Shown: positions 42,522 to 52,884, counted from the stretch's first letter. The stretch is 64,000 bases of DNA from Sodaliphilus sp. (GCA_045114435.1 JBGUKK010000127.1:10533-74532); one strand, 5' to 3'. Numbers and translations are program-made. The notes: generated from the letters alone by a model not told the origin.

Positions 42522-43592
42522 TCACTTGCCGACGATGAAGCGCTTGAAGGGCAAGCGACGCAACACCACGACAAGGATGAAGCAGATGACAAACGTCAAC
42601 ACGCCACTCACCAGGCAATCCACGACCCAGTGGGCATGTCCCAGCCACGACGCCGTCATGGGCCACACGGCCTGACGCATGACAATCATCTGGCACAGGT
42701 AGATGCCGAAGGTGCATGCGCTCAGCACGGGCCACCAGAAGGCGGCAGCTGGCTGCGCCTTGCGGTCGTAACGCTCAGGCGCGAAACGCTGCACGGTGAC
42801 AAACAGCAACGTGGCCATCGCAATGTTGTTGATGCTGATATCGTTGGTGATAGTGTCGATGTGTTGCTGCCACGAGATGCCAAAATGGCCCTGCACCAGA
42901 AACTCAAACAGAGGCATCACGACGATGCCCAGGGCGAGCAGCAGCGCCCACCGCCAGCCATGCTTGCGCGTGAACACGGGCAGGCCATAGGTGTGCAGGT
43001 AGTACCCCAGCAAGACGTAGCCATAGTAATTGGCAAACGCGCCGAACATGTTGTGGCTGTACTGTGACGCTTCCATGAACACGCCATGCTGATAAGGGAT
43101 GAACGACGAGAGCACCCACAGCACCAGCAGCGTCTCCACCCCTCGCTTGCCGATGGCATCGATGCAACGGCTCACCAGCGGCAAAGTCACATAAACCACC
43201 AGCAGCACATACACATACCACAGCAGTCCCTCGACAGGATGGAACAGCAGGGACGTCAACAGCCGCGGTGTGAAGTTGTGAAGCAGGAACGCGTGCTCCA
43301 GCAAGTAGACCACTGTCCACACCAGCAACGGCGGGAGCACAACCGCCAGCCGACGCTTGATAAAACGCCGTCCCGTCATCTTCACGGGCAGCAACAAGGC
43401 GCCAGTGATCATGAAGAAGAGGTTGCAGTTCACCGCCACAAGCACGGTATAGAGCGCTCCGGCCAGCGACGGCGTATTATAGTAGGTGTCGTATTGTCTG
43501 ATGGGCGTGTGGATGAGAATGACCAGCAAGCAAGCGATGACACGCAGGATGTCAAGATAAGGTATTCGCCGCTGCAGTTTACTGCTGCCCAT
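42522..43592 (-). CDS. Acyltransferase 3 family membrane protein
   Basis: YLDILRVIACLLVILIH, LFFMITGALLL, LWYVY, TFGIYL; ATG 43592 preferred because the ORF-track start overlaps ispF. Confidence 0.85.
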   Translation of the reverse strand: MGSSKLQRRIPYLDILRVIACLLVILIHTPIRQYDTYYNTPSLAGALYTVLVAVNCNLFFMITGALLLPVKMTGRRFIKRRLAVVLPPLLVWTVVYLLEHAFLLHNFTPRLLTSLLFHPVEGLLWYVYVLLVVYVTLPLVSRCIDAIGKRGVETLLVLWVLSSFIPYQHGVFMEASQYSHNMFGAFANYYGYVLLGYYLHTYGLPVFTRKHGWRWALLLALGIVVMPLFEFLVQGHFGISWQQHIDTITNDISINNIAMATLLFVTVQRFAPERYDRKAQPAAAFWWPVLSACTFGIYLCQMIVMRQAVWPMTASWLGHAHWVVDCLVSGVLTFVICFILVVVLRRLPFKRFIVGK

Positions 43593-43599
43593 TTCAATC

Positions 43600-43639
43600 T
43601 TCAGTTTTCGGTTGTCAGTTTTCAGTTTAGATGCGGGGG
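43600..43639. repeat. Partial heptamer-armed element
   Basis: tcagttt tcggttg tcagttt tcagttt followed by AGATGCGGGGG. Confidence 0.6.
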
Positions 43640-43650
43640 CTACCTGAGGA

Positions 43651-44133
43651 CTATTCTCCCCGTGGCTGGATGAGTGCGACAGCATAGGCGGCAATACCCT
43701 CACCGCGGCCCGTGTAGCCGAGCCTCTCGGTCGTGGTGGCCTTGATGGACACCTGGCCAGGGTCACAGTCCATGCACTCGGCCAACTGCTGCTGCATGGC
43801 GGGAATGTGGGGATTCAGCTTGGGCTGTTCGGCACAGATGGTGATGTCGCAGTTGCCCAAGCAATAGCCATGCTCGTCGAGCAGACGCATCACATGTCGC
43901 AACAGCAGCTTACTGTCAATGCCCTTGTAGCGCGGATCGGTGTCAGGAAAGTGGTAGCCGATGTCGCGCAACGCTGCTGCACCCAGCAGGGCATCACACA
44001 AGGCATGGATGGCAACGTCGGCATCGCTGTGTCCCAACAAGCCACGCTCCCAGGGAATGTTCACGCCGCCCAGCCAAAGGGGTCTCCCCTCGACCAGGCG
44101 ATGCACATCAAATCCCATGCCCACACGTGTCAT
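43651..44133 (-). CDS. ispF: 2-C-methyl-D-erythritol 2,4-cyclodiphosphate synthase
   Basis: [28 protein letters not shown]. Confidence 0.97.
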   Translation of the reverse strand: MTRVGMGFDVHRLVEGRPLWLGGVNIPWERGLLGHSDADVAIHALCDALLGAAALRDIGYHFPDTDPRYKGIDSKLLLRHVMRLLDEHGYCLGNCDITICAEQPKLNPHIPAMQQQLAECMDCDPGQVSIKATTTERLGYTGRGEGIAAYAVALIQPRGE

Positions 44134-44175
44134 TATTTTCAGTTTTCAGTTGTCAATTGCCGACAACTCTTAAAC

Positions 44176-45348
44176 TTAATTTCTGCCGAAGAGGTCCTTG
44201 ATACCATCCAAGTCAAACGACAAGGAGAATCGCAGCGTCTGGTCCAGCGGGCTGTTCTGAGCCGTGGCAATCATGTAGCTGGCATCAATCTTGATAACCG
44301 TCAGCGCGAAACCGGCACCCAGGCCGAAGTACTGGCGGTTACCGGCATACTTGCTCTCATAGTAGTAGCCGCCGCGCAGGAAGAACTTCTGGTCGTAAGC
44401 ATACTCGGCGCCCACCGAGTAGGTGATGCGCTTGGCGAAGTTGTCCTTGAAACTGTCAAAGATACCCGAGATCGACGATTTGTCCTTCCACTCCTGCAAG
44501 GCATCATCGTAGGCCAAGTTATCCTCATAGTCCGTAAGGCGGGGCTTGGCGGGCACCAACATCTTGTTGGCGTCAAAGGCCAGCGTCAAATTGTTGTAGT
44601 CGGCCAGTGGGAAGGTGAACGCGGTACCAATCTTGAGGTTGGCCGGCAGATAGGCCGGGTCGTTACCCTTGTTGTAGGACACCTTGGAACCGATGTTCGA
44701 CAGGTTGAAACCCAGCGACCACTGGCACTCGTTGCGCCCGATGATGGGATAGGTGGTGTAATAGCCCGAGATGTCGGCCGAGAAAGCCGTGGCACTCGAC
44801 GACTCGCCGGTGTTCATCATCGTGTTGTAGCCTAGGTCACTGTAGATGAAACGCAGGGCGACACCCATCGAGAACTTCTCGCTCAACTTGCGGCTGTAGC
44901 CCAGGTCAACGGCCATCTCAAACGGGTTGATTACCGAGAGCGTCGCGCCGTCACCGTCGGTCGCCGTCACCTCACCCAGCGAGAAGTAACGCAACGAGGC
45001 ACTCACCGCCTGGTTATCATTGCTGCCGATCTTGTAGTAACCAGCAAGATTGGCCAGATAGATGTCGTTGACAATCTTGCGCAACCACGGCGTGTAGGAC
45101 AGCGAGACGCCAGCACGGCTGTAGGCAAAGGCATACTTCGACGGATTCCAGAACTGGGAGTTGGCATCGGCCTCGGTAGCGGCACCCAAGTCACCCATCG
45201 ACGCGCCGCGCGCATCGGGAGTGATATTCAGCGAAGTAACACCCGTGGTCACGGGGTTGAACTCGGTGTTCTTGATGTCATCCTCACACCAGGCAGTTAA
45301 TGCGGTAGCCATCAATGCGACGGCAAGTATCGATCTGTACAGTTTCAT
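44176..45348 (-). CDS. porV: Type IX secretion outer membrane shuttle PorV
   Basis: ITPDARGASMGD, SQFWNPSKYAF, SYTPWLR, QTLRFSLSFD; directly upstream of ispF. Confidence 0.93.
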   Translation of the reverse strand: MKLYRSILAVALMATALTAWCEDDIKNTEFNPVTTGVTSLNITPDARGASMGDLGAATEADANSQFWNPSKYAFAYSRAGVSLSYTPWLRKIVNDIYLANLAGYYKIGSNDNQAVSASLRYFSLGEVTATDGDGATLSVINPFEMAVDLGYSRKLSEKFSMGVALRFIYSDLGYNTMMNTGESSSATAFSADISGYYTTYPIIGRNECQWSLGFNLSNIGSKVSYNKGNDPAYLPANLKIGTAFTFPLADYNNLTLAFDANKMLVPAKPRLTDYEDNLAYDDALQEWKDKSSISGIFDSFKDNFAKRITYSVGAEYAYDQKFFLRGGYYYESKYAGNRQYFGLGAGFALTVIKIDASYMIATAQNSPLDQTLRFSLSFDLDGIKDLFGRN

Positions 45349-45478
45349 TTCTTCGAATCAGAAAAATTGGTTTGTCTTTTAACTTATAAACTACAAAACC
45401 GCCAATTTATTGTATCTGTCCCCATTATTCCTTCCTCTGGCCGCTCTTTATCCCCCTCAAATGTAAAAAACAGGATTT

Positions 45479-45518
45479 AAAAACCGCAACCCCGACGACA
45501 CTATATCGCCGGGGTTGC
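45479..45518 (-). terminator. Terminator after the YccA gene
   Basis: GCAACCCCG / CGGGGTTGC arms with a minus-strand T-run. Confidence 0.7.
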
Positions 45519-45544
45519 AATTGCATGATTGTCATTGCTCGGTA

Positions 45545-46264
45545 TCAGTCGCGGCTGCCGAAGAAGCGCAACAGATACAGGAACAGGTTGATGAAGTCAA
45601 GGTAGAGGCTCAAGGCGCCCATGGTGGCGACCTTGCCCATCATCGAGGGGTCGGCCTCGGCACACATGCGCTTGATGGCCTGGGTGTCCCATGCGGTGAG
45701 TCCGATGAAGATGAGCACACCGGCGAAACTGATGCACATGTCAAGCATCGAGTTGTGCAGGAACAGATTGACCAGAGCGCACAGGATCAGGCCAATCAAG
45801 GCCATGAACAGGAAGGAGCCAAACTTGGACAAGTCCTGACGGGTGACATAGCCGAAGATGCTCATCGCCCCGAAGGTGCCTGCTGTGATGGCAAAGGTCG
45901 TGGCAATCGACGTCTCGGTATAAACCAGGAAGATGGGAGCGAGTGTAAGACCATTCAATGCACTATAGACATAGAACATGATGGTCGCTACAGTCGTGCT
46001 CATCTTGTCGATGCGAGCACTCAGGAGAAGCACAAGACCAATCTCGATGGCAAACAGAATCCAAATCGCGGCCGGCGTGCTGAACAGCACTGCCAGCACA
46101 GCTTCATTAGACACCACCAGGAAAGAGACAATGGCCGTGAGCAGCAGTCCCAAGGTCATCTTGCCATACACCTTGCGCATCACGCCGGCGACATAGCGCT
46201 TGAGCGTGATTTCATTCTCGGCCTGAATTGCGGTCTGATAACCGTTATCGAAATAGTTGTTCAT
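45545..46264 (-). CDS. Bax inhibitor-1 / YccA family membrane protein
   Basis: MRKVYGKMTLGL, YSALNG, GLTAWDTQAIK, GALSLYLDFINLFLYLLR. Confidence 0.93.
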   Translation of the reverse strand: MNNYFDNGYQTAIQAENEITLKRYVAGVMRKVYGKMTLGLLLTAIVSFLVVSNEAVLAVLFSTPAAIWILFAIEIGLVLLLSARIDKMSTTVATIMFYVYSALNGLTLAPIFLVYTETSIATTFAITAGTFGAMSIFGYVTRQDLSKFGSFLFMALIGLILCALVNLFLHNSMLDMCISFAGVLIFIGLTAWDTQAIKRMCAEADPSMMGKVATMGALSLYLDFINLFLYLLRFFGSRD

Positions 46265-46322
46265 ATAGTTGAAAGTTTTTAATGTTAAGCTGAAAACTAA
46301 TGTCTATTTTAGTTAAAGGACA

Positions 46323-46337
46323 GCAATTATCGTGCCA
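46323..46337 (-). promoter_or_regulatory. Sigma54 -24/-12 promoter upstream of the YccA gene
   Basis: Minus strand TGGCACG-ATAA-TTGC, exact match to the consensus, 58 nt upstream of ATG. Confidence 0.75.
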
Positions 46338-46344
46338 ACTCCTC

Positions 46345-46379
46345 TAACCATTAACCATTATCCATTAACCTTTAACCAC
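46345..46379. repeat. TAACCAT-type heptamer x5
   Basis: taaccat taaccat tatccat taacctt taaccac. Confidence 0.8.
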
Positions 46380-46397
46380 GGCGACAGCCGTTTTTAA

Positions 46398-48182
46398 TCA
46401 CATGCGGCTGGGCATCTCGATACCCAGCAGACTCATGCCGCGCTTGATGACATCGGCAACGGTGTCGCTGAGCAGCAGGCGGAAGGAGCGCACGGCGCTG
46501 TCCTGCTCCTTGAGGATGCTGCAGTCGTGATAGAACTGGTTGTACTCCTTAGCCAGGTCATAGACGTAGTTGGCGATGAGCGCGGGGCTGTAGTTGCGTC
46601 CGGCATCGGCCACGACGGTCGTGAAGTCGGCCAGGCGCTGGATGAGCGAGGTTTCCTTCTCGTTAGGCGCCACGGCGCTGATGTCCACAGCGCAGTAGTC
46701 CTCGCCACTCTTGCGCAGCACCGACTGGATGCGGGCATAGGTATACTGGATGAAGGGGCCGGTATTGCCGTTGAAATCGATCGACTCGCTGGGATCAAAG
46801 AGCATCGTCTTCCTGGGATCCACCTTGAGGATGAAATACTTCAAGGCACCCAGGCCGATCATGCGCAGCACGTCGTCGCGCTCGTCCTCGGACACGCCCT
46901 GCAGGCGACCGGGTTCACCAGCCATCTCGGTGGCGGTGGCAATCATCTCGTCCATGAGCTCATCAGCATCGACGACGGTGCCCTCGCGGGATTTCATCTT
47001 GCCATTGGGCAGTTCCACCATGCCGTAGGAGAAGTGCACCAGGTCCTTGCCCCACTTGAAGCCGAGCTTGTCAAGCAGCAAGGAGAGCACCTGGAAGTGG
47101 TAGTTCTGCTCATTGCCCACGACATAGATCATGCGGTCGATGGGATAGTCCTTGTAACGCAACTGGGCTGTACCAATGTCCTGGGTCATATAGACCGACG
47201 TGCCGTCGCTGCGCAGCAACAGCTTGTGGTCAAGACCGTCGGCCGTGAGGTCGGCCCACACGCTCTGATCCTCCTTGCGGTAGAACAGGCCCTTGTCGAG
47301 GCCTTCGAGCACAGTGTCGCGTCCCACGAGGTAGGTCTCGCTCTCGTAGTATATCTTGTCAAAGGAGACACCCATGCGCTGGTAGGTCTCGTCAAAGCCA
47401 GCATAGACCCAACCGTTCATCTTCTCCCACAAGGCACGCACCTCGGCATCACCGGCCTCCCAGCGACGCAGCATGTCGTGTGCCTCCTGGATGAGCGGGG
47501 CCTGCTTCTCGGCCTCCTCCTGGCTCATGCCCTGCTCGACGAGCGCCTTGACCTCGGCTTTATAATGCTTGTCAAAGGCCACATAGAAGTCGCCAATCAG
47601 GTGGTCGCCCTTCTTGCCAGTGGACTCGGGCGTGGCGCCGTTGCCCCACTTGAGCCATGCGAGCATCGACTTGCAGATGTGGATGCCGCGGTCGTTGACG
47701 ATATTGGTCTTGACGACCTTGTAGCCATTGGCCTCCATGATCTTGGAGAGGCTGTAGCCCAGCAGGTTGTTGCGCACGTGGCCCAGGTGCAGGGGCTTGT
47801 TGGTGTTGGGCGAGGAATACTCTATCATCACCAGCTGGCTGTCGTCGGTGGCCGCCTTGAAGCCGTAGTCGGGCGTGGCTGCCACATGCTTGAGGACATC
47901 CGTCCAGAACGACGGTTTGATGGTGATGTTGAGGAAGCCCTTGATGACATTGAACTTCTCCACAGCCTCGCAGTGAGCCAGCATGTAATCGCCAATCTCC
48001 TGTGCAGTCACGTCGGGTGCCTTGTGTGAGGCTTTGAGGAACGGGAAGACAACAATCGTCTCGTTGCCTTCAAACTCTTTCTTGGTCGTTTGGGGTACAA
48101 TTTTCTCGACGGGGAAATCCACGCCGTACAACTCCTTCACCGCCATTGCGGTAGCCTGTGCAAGTATAGTATCAATAGACAT
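46398..48182 (-). CDS. argS: Arginyl-tRNA synthetase
   Basis: EYSSPNTNKPLHLGH, YVVGNEQ, KMKSREG, GPFIQYTYARI. Confidence 0.98.
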   Translation of the reverse strand: MSIDTILAQATAMAVKELYGVDFPVEKIVPQTTKKEFEGNETIVVFPFLKASHKAPDVTAQEIGDYMLAHCEAVEKFNVIKGFLNITIKPSFWTDVLKHVAATPDYGFKAATDDSQLVMIEYSSPNTNKPLHLGHVRNNLLGYSLSKIMEANGYKVVKTNIVNDRGIHICKSMLAWLKWGNGATPESTGKKGDHLIGDFYVAFDKHYKAEVKALVEQGMSQEEAEKQAPLIQEAHDMLRRWEAGDAEVRALWEKMNGWVYAGFDETYQRMGVSFDKIYYESETYLVGRDTVLEGLDKGLFYRKEDQSVWADLTADGLDHKLLLRSDGTSVYMTQDIGTAQLRYKDYPIDRMIYVVGNEQNYHFQVLSLLLDKLGFKWGKDLVHFSYGMVELPNGKMKSREGTVVDADELMDEMIATATEMAGEPGRLQGVSEDERDDVLRMIGLGALKYFILKVDPRKTMLFDPSESIDFNGNTGPFIQYTYARIQSVLRKSGEDYCAVDISAVAPNEKETSLIQRLADFTTVVADAGRNYSPALIANYVYDLAKEYNQFYHDCSILKEQDSAVRSFRLLLSDTVADVIKRGMSLLGIEMPSRM

Positions 48183-48243
48183 AGTATCTTGTTATTTAAT
48201 GATTCAAACTGCAAAATTACAAAAAAATGTCTGAAGTTTCATA

Positions 48244-48322
48244 GTCAGTTGTCGGTTTTCGGTTGTCAGTTGTCGGTTTTCGGTTCAATGCGGATGCCGT
48301 TGACAGCTGAAAACTGAAAACT
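48244..48322. repeat. Heptamer-armed palindromic element with core in opposite orientation to the 31305 copy
   Basis: GTTCAATGCGGATGCCGT core (48283-48300) between TCAGTTG/TCGGTTT arms and CTGAAAA arms. Confidence 0.85.
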
Positions 48323-48323
48323 T

Positions 48324-51300
48324 TTAAAGGACCTTGCCCGAATGGTCGATGATTGTGTCCTCGAGCACATACCACAGGCGACCCACGATGGTCGCGTCGG
48401 GGAAGATGAGGCGCAACTTGGCAATGTAACCATTCAACTGACGGAGGTGGCGCTTGTCGTCGCGCCGGCCACTCTTGTAGTCAATCACGATAATCTCACC
48501 AGCTGGGCGCCGCACGATGCGGTCGGGCCTCATGTTCCTGATGCCGTCCTCGTCCCACAACGAATCGGAGGCGCTGGTGATGGTGCGCTCGCTATAGACC
48601 TTGTTCTCCGGGGCAAACCAGGCGGCGACACGGCATTGCTCATCGAGGATGGGACGCCTCACGTGCTGCTCGATGTTGGCCTGGCCGCAGGGGTCGTCGG
48701 GGTCATCGGTGATAACACCGTGCTTGAGTCCCTGTGCGATGACGCGATCCACGTCGTTGCGGTCATGAATCTGGCTCAACAGGCTATGCAGCCTCACACC
48801 GGCCTCAATCTGCGAACTGGAGGCGTTCTCCACCCTGACCTTGAGCTTCAAGGGGAGGGCGTTGACGGTATAGCCCTGGATTTCCACACTCGCGACGGCA
48901 GGCTGTGATGATGTCTCGCCATCGGGCTGCTGCTTCGCCTTCTTCTGCTTCAGTGCCTCAAAATCGGCCGTGGAGGGTTGCCGTCCCTTCTCGAACCAGT
49001 GCGGGCACTCGGCCATCGGCGTCATCTCGCCGCTATCGCGTGCAAAGTCGGCCAACAAGGGCGAGATGGTGTTCTCCTTCCCCTTTGCAAAGATGTGCAG
49101 CTCGGTGCGTGGCCTCGTCATCGCCACATAGGTCTTGTTGAGGTTGTCAATCAAGACGTCATCTATCTGCTTGTTGATGAATTTGGCAGCTTCCCCCGTC
49201 AGCAGTCCGCCCTTGCAGAGGGCTACGGCCGACTTCTTGTCCACATGGAGCAAGGGGGGCACCAAATCCTCATCACAGGTTTGCAAGCCGAGGTCGGCCA
49301 GCGAGCGCATGGCCGCACCGAAGACCTTATCGGGCATCCAGTAGCTGTCCTCCCTCGAGTTGCCGTCAATCTCCCAATTGGCAAAGGGGATGACCACGCA
49401 ATCAAATTCCAAGCCCTTGGCCTTGTGAATCGACATGATCTCGATGGCATTGTCACGGGAGGAGCTGCTCACGGCAAGCGTCCCCTTCTTCTCATCCCAA
49501 TACTTGAGGAACTCTCTCACGCTGCCACCGTTGCGCATCGACGCGAACTGCATCACCGCATCCTGGAAGGCGAGCAGGAAGGCCGCCTCGCCATCCACTC
49601 CCGCGCCATCGGTCCCGTCCCGCTTGAAGTGCAGGATGATGGTCTCGATGATGCTCACGAGCGTGGTGAGCTCGCCGGCAGGGGGCAACAGTTTCTCCAA
49701 GGTGTCATCGGCATCGCCGTCATCGGGCGCTGCCGTCTCCAGGCTACGGGCCAGCATCAGGCCATGATCGGCCGGGGAAGCCTCGGGCGAGGCCGCGACA
49801 CTCTTGATAAAGGTGTTCAAGGCCGTGTAGAGCCTGCGGTCGCTCAGGCGTTTGCGCTTGATGCGGCTCATGATGTCGTCATGGTCAGCGCCGCGAGCGT
49901 CATCGGCATCCTCTTCGGCCTGGCCAAACTGGCTGATATCGATGAAGCGCAGCATGGCGATAATGCGCCTGATGATGGGCGAATTGTTGAGCAGCAATGA
50001 CTCCCCTGAGATGATGCGTATTTTCTCGCCTGTCGCTTGCTTATTATATTCCAGGATGCGCTCGACGACCTGGTCGCCCTCCTTGTTCTTGTTGACCAGG
50101 ATGCCGATGCGGCCCCAGTCGTAGCGTTCATGCAAGCGCAGCAGGTAGCCTGGCAACACATCCAGCACGGTGGCCTCACGTTCCTCGTCATTGACCGCCT
50201 CGGCCGGCGAGGCGCCACGGATGACCTCGTCCTGCAACAGCTGGCGGTAGTCCCCCGTCATCAGCCGAACATAACCCTCTACCTTGTTGCTATCGATGCC
50301 CGGTGGCATGCCCTGCTTGACGTCGCCGTAGGTGGTCTGCACGATGCTGCGGTCGGCGAAGCGCTGCCGCAGATAGGCGAACAGGCTGTTGTTGAACTCA
50401 ATGACGCGCTTCGAGCTGCGATAATTGGTGGAGGTGGGCGGCGTGTCGCCATCCTGCGGCCCGGTGGCCTCTTGACGGTCATCATAGATGTAGGGTCCGA
50501 AGTCATTCCCCACCCTCTCGCGGAACACCGACGGGTCGGCATTGCGGAAGCGGTAGATCGACTGCTTGGCGTCGCCGATGAGCATATTGAAGTGCCCTCC
50601 AGCCAAGCTCTCGGTGAGCAGGCTATGGAAATTCTCGTACTGCTTGGCGCTGGTGTCCTGGAATTCATCGATCATGAAGTTGGAGATCATCGTCCCCACG
50701 CGCTCATAGATGAAGTCGGACCCACTGTCAAGCACCGTCCCGATCAGTTCATTGGTGTCACCGATGAGGATTGAGTTGGACTCATGACGGTATTCCTCCA
50801 GGAAGACGTCTATCATCGCCAGCATGCCCAGCAACCCCAGGTTGTCCTCGACATGCTTGAAAAAGGCCAGGACGTTCTTGAGGCTGAAGTGGTCACGCAC
50901 CAGCCTCAGCAGCTCATTGACCAACTGGTCGCTGGGCGCAAAATTCTTGAGGAACTGCCCGCGGATCTTGGCTTCATCGCTGTTGTCCATCGTGTCGGAC
51001 AACGGCTCGAGGCTATCCTTGTTGAGCCACTTCTTCAACGACTTGCTGCCACTGAGGCCGTCGGCGACGGGCGCCAATGACGCCTGCAGTGCCCTCAGTC
51101 CATCGTCATGGCGCTCATGAATGAGTTTCACCTGCTCATGGACAAACTGCTTGAAGGCACGGATGCGCTTGAAATCGCTCTGGAAGCGTCCCTGATCATC
51201 GACCTTGCCCAGGTAGCCGCGGATATCGTCCAGGCGGCTGCGGAACAGCTCGCTGTTGATCTGCTTTGCAAAACTGGTGAGACCGCCCCCGTCGTCAAAG

Positions 51301-51911
51301 AATTTCCAGTTCTTCTTCTCGGCATCGCCGCGAATCAAGTGACGCTGGTAGTCCTTCACCCACTCGTCGACCTGTGACGGCATTCCCTCACGTCCCAACG
51401 ACAGCAGGAAGTTGTGCACCGCCACACGCACGGCATAATCCTCCTCGAGCTGGATGTCGTAGTTGAAATCACGGTCCAGCTCGCGGGCAAAGTTGCGCAG
51501 GATGGTCTGGAAAAACGAGTCGATGGTGCTCACGTTGAAGTTGCTGTAGTCAAACAGCAACTCGTTCAACGCCTGCTGTGCCAGGAACCTCACCTGGTCG
51601 GGCTTGAGACCCGTCAGTTTCACAAAGTCGTTGAGGTAGTCACTCTTGCGGTCGGGTTGCGAGAGGTTATACAACTCATCGACGATGCGGCTCTTCATCT
51701 CGTCGGTTGCCTTGTTGGTGAAGGTGATGGCCAGCAGCTGGCGGTGGACGTTGAGCGTCGATTGGCTGTCTGTTGCACGGCGTGGGACACATCTACCGCT
51801 CTGCCTATCGGTAGTGAACAGCAGGTGCATGATATATTCCTTGGCCAGGCGATAGGTCTTGCCTGAGCCCGCCGAAGCCTTGATGACCAGCAGATGTTTG
51901 TTATCTGTCAT
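48324..51911 (-). CDS. UvrD-family helicase with C-terminal PD-(D/E)XK nuclease (AddA-like)
   Basis: ASAGSGKT, AITFTNKA, IDEFQDTS, GDAKQSIYRFR, NYRS, SIHKAKGLEF, YVAMTR, RPDRI..IDYKSG. Confidence 0.92.
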   Translation of the reverse strand: MTDNKHLLVIKASAGSGKTYRLAKEYIMHLLFTTDRQSGRCVPRRATDSQSTLNVHRQLLAITFTNKATDEMKSRIVDELYNLSQPDRKSDYLNDFVKLTGLKPDQVRFLAQQALNELLFDYSNFNVSTIDSFFQTILRNFARELDRDFNYDIQLEEDYAVRVAVHNFLLSLGREGMPSQVDEWVKDYQRHLIRGDAEKKNWKFFDDGGGLTSFAKQINSELFRSRLDDIRGYLGKVDDQGRFQSDFKRIRAFKQFVHEQVKLIHERHDDGLRALQASLAPVADGLSGSKSLKKWLNKDSLEPLSDTMDNSDEAKIRGQFLKNFAPSDQLVNELLRLVRDHFSLKNVLAFFKHVEDNLGLLGMLAMIDVFLEEYRHESNSILIGDTNELIGTVLDSGSDFIYERVGTMISNFMIDEFQDTSAKQYENFHSLLTESLAGGHFNMLIGDAKQSIYRFRNADPSVFRERVGNDFGPYIYDDRQEATGPQDGDTPPTSTNYRSSKRVIEFNNSLFAYLRQRFADRSIVQTTYGDVKQGMPPGIDSNKVEGYVRLMTGDYRQLLQDEVIRGASPAEAVNDEEREATVLDVLPGYLLRLHERYDWGRIGILVNKNKEGDQVVERILEYNKQATGEKIRIISGESLLLNNSPIIRRIIAMLRFIDISQFGQAEEDADDARGADHDDIMSRIKRKRLSDRRLYTALNTFIKSVAASPEASPADHGLMLARSLETAAPDDGDADDTLEKLLPPAGELTTLVSIIETIILHFKRDGTDGAGVDGEAAFLLAFQDAVMQFASMRNGGSVREFLKYWDEKKGTLAVSSSSRDNAIEIMSIHKAKGLEFDCVVIPFANWEIDGNSREDSYWMPDKVFGAAMRSLADLGLQTCDEDLVPPLLHVDKKSAVALCKGGLLTGEAAKFINKQIDDVLIDNLNKTYVAMTRPRTELHIFAKGKENTISPLLADFARDSGEMTPMAECPHWFEKGRQPSTADFEALKQKKAKQQPDGETSSQPAVASVEIQGYTVNALPLKLKVRVENASSSQIEAGVRLHSLLSQIHDRNDVDRVIAQGLKHGVITDDPDDPCGQANIEQHVRRPILDEQCRVAAWFAPENKVYSERTITSASDSLWDEDGIRNMRPDRIVRRPAGEIIVIDYKSGRRDDKRHLRQLNGYIAKLRLIFPDATIVGRLWYVLEDTIIDHSGKVL

Positions 51912-51914
51912 GTT

Positions 51915-51966
51915 TTTAGTTATCAGTTTTCTGTTGTCTGTTCAATGTGGGTGCCACTGGCAACTG
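51915..51966. repeat. Degenerate heptamer-armed element
   Basis: GTTCAATGTGGGTGCCAC core (51940-51957) with TCAGTTT/TCTGTTG arm. Confidence 0.65.
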
Positions 51967-51983
51967 TTAAGAAGACTCATGTC

Positions 51984-52340
51984 TCAAATAATTCTTGCCT
52001 TGAAACCCATGGCAAGCAGCTCGTCGAGCACACGCTGGCGGAAGTCGCCTTGGATCAGGATTTCACCACCACGGGCACTGCCGCCGACACCCAGGGTGCG
52101 CTTCAGCTGCGATGCCACCTGCTTGAGTGCTTCCTCGTCACAGGTGAAGCCGGTGACGATAGTCGCCTGCTTGCCACCACGTCCCTTGCGCTCCAGAACG
52201 ATGTCGAGGCGTGTTTTGCCTTGTTGTTGCAGGGCGTCGCCCCGCTCGGTCGGCGAGTCGGGCTCAATGGTGGGCTGCTGATCGCTTACGGGCAGATTAA
52301 ACGCTTTGCCCAGGGCGTCTTTCCAATCGGTAGGGTTCAT
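51984..52340 (-). CDS. Translation initiation factor SUI1 / YciH family
   Basis: LERKGRGGKQATIVTG, GVGGSA, ILIQGD; -7 element at 52401-52408. Confidence 0.92.
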   Translation of the reverse strand: MNPTDWKDALGKAFNLPVSDQQPTIEPDSPTERGDALQQQGKTRLDIVLERKGRGGKQATIVTGFTCDEEALKQVASQLKRTLGVGGSARGGEILIQGDFRQRVLDELLAMGFKARII

Positions 52341-52566
52341 ATTCCGGTATTGTTATTGAAAAAAAGTCAAGGTGATTAAACTATTATGTTCCTCTTAGGT
52401 CAAAGGTACAAAATTTTGACGAGAAATGAGCAGTAAAAACAAAAAAATCATCTCTGATAAAAGAAAAATCGCCAAAATGTGCTACCAATTCAAATAAAAG
52501 CATTACTTTTGTCGAACTGTTTACTATTACATTATTAACTATTTCACTTTTAATTAATACTACACT

Positions 52567-52737
52567 ATGGCTTACGTAATTTCTGATAGCTGTGTTGCTT
52601 GCGGTACCTGCCAGTCGGTATGCCCCGCTGATGCAATCAAGGAAGGCGACATCTATTCGATCGACCCTGACACCTGCCTGGACTGCGGCACCTGTGCCGA
52701 CGCTTGCCCCACTGGCGCAATCGCTCCCGGCGAATAA
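52567..52737 (+). CDS. 2[4Fe-4S] ferredoxin, 56 aa (absent from the ORF track)
   Basis: MAYVISDSCVACGTCQSVCPADAIKEGDIYSIDPDTCLDCGTCADACPTGAIAPGE, two CxxCxxCxxxCP motifs; TACTTTTG at 52504-52511. Confidence 0.97.
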   Translation: MAYVISDSCVACGTCQSVCPADAIKEGDIYSIDPDTCLDCGTCADACPTGAIAPGE

Positions 52738-52762
52738 TTAAGAAAACAACAGACAAAACTAA

Positions 52763-52806
52763 CAGTTGCGACTGTTCCTGTCAAAGGGACGGCCGCAACT
52801 TTTTTC
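52763..52806 (+). terminator. Terminator after the ferredoxin gene
   Basis: AGTTGCG...CGCAACT followed by a T-run. Confidence 0.7.
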
Positions 52807-52844
52807 CTGTCATCCCCAGCCACAACAGGCGCCCTCAAAAGCCG

Positions 52845-52884
52845 TCAAGTTCCTGAAGTGGCGTTATCCACTTCAGGAACTTGA
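52845..52884. terminator. Perfect 17-bp inverted repeat downstream of the LRR-dockerin gene
   Basis: TCAAGTTCCTGAAGTGG-CGTTAT-CCACTTCAGGAACTTGA. Confidence 0.6.
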
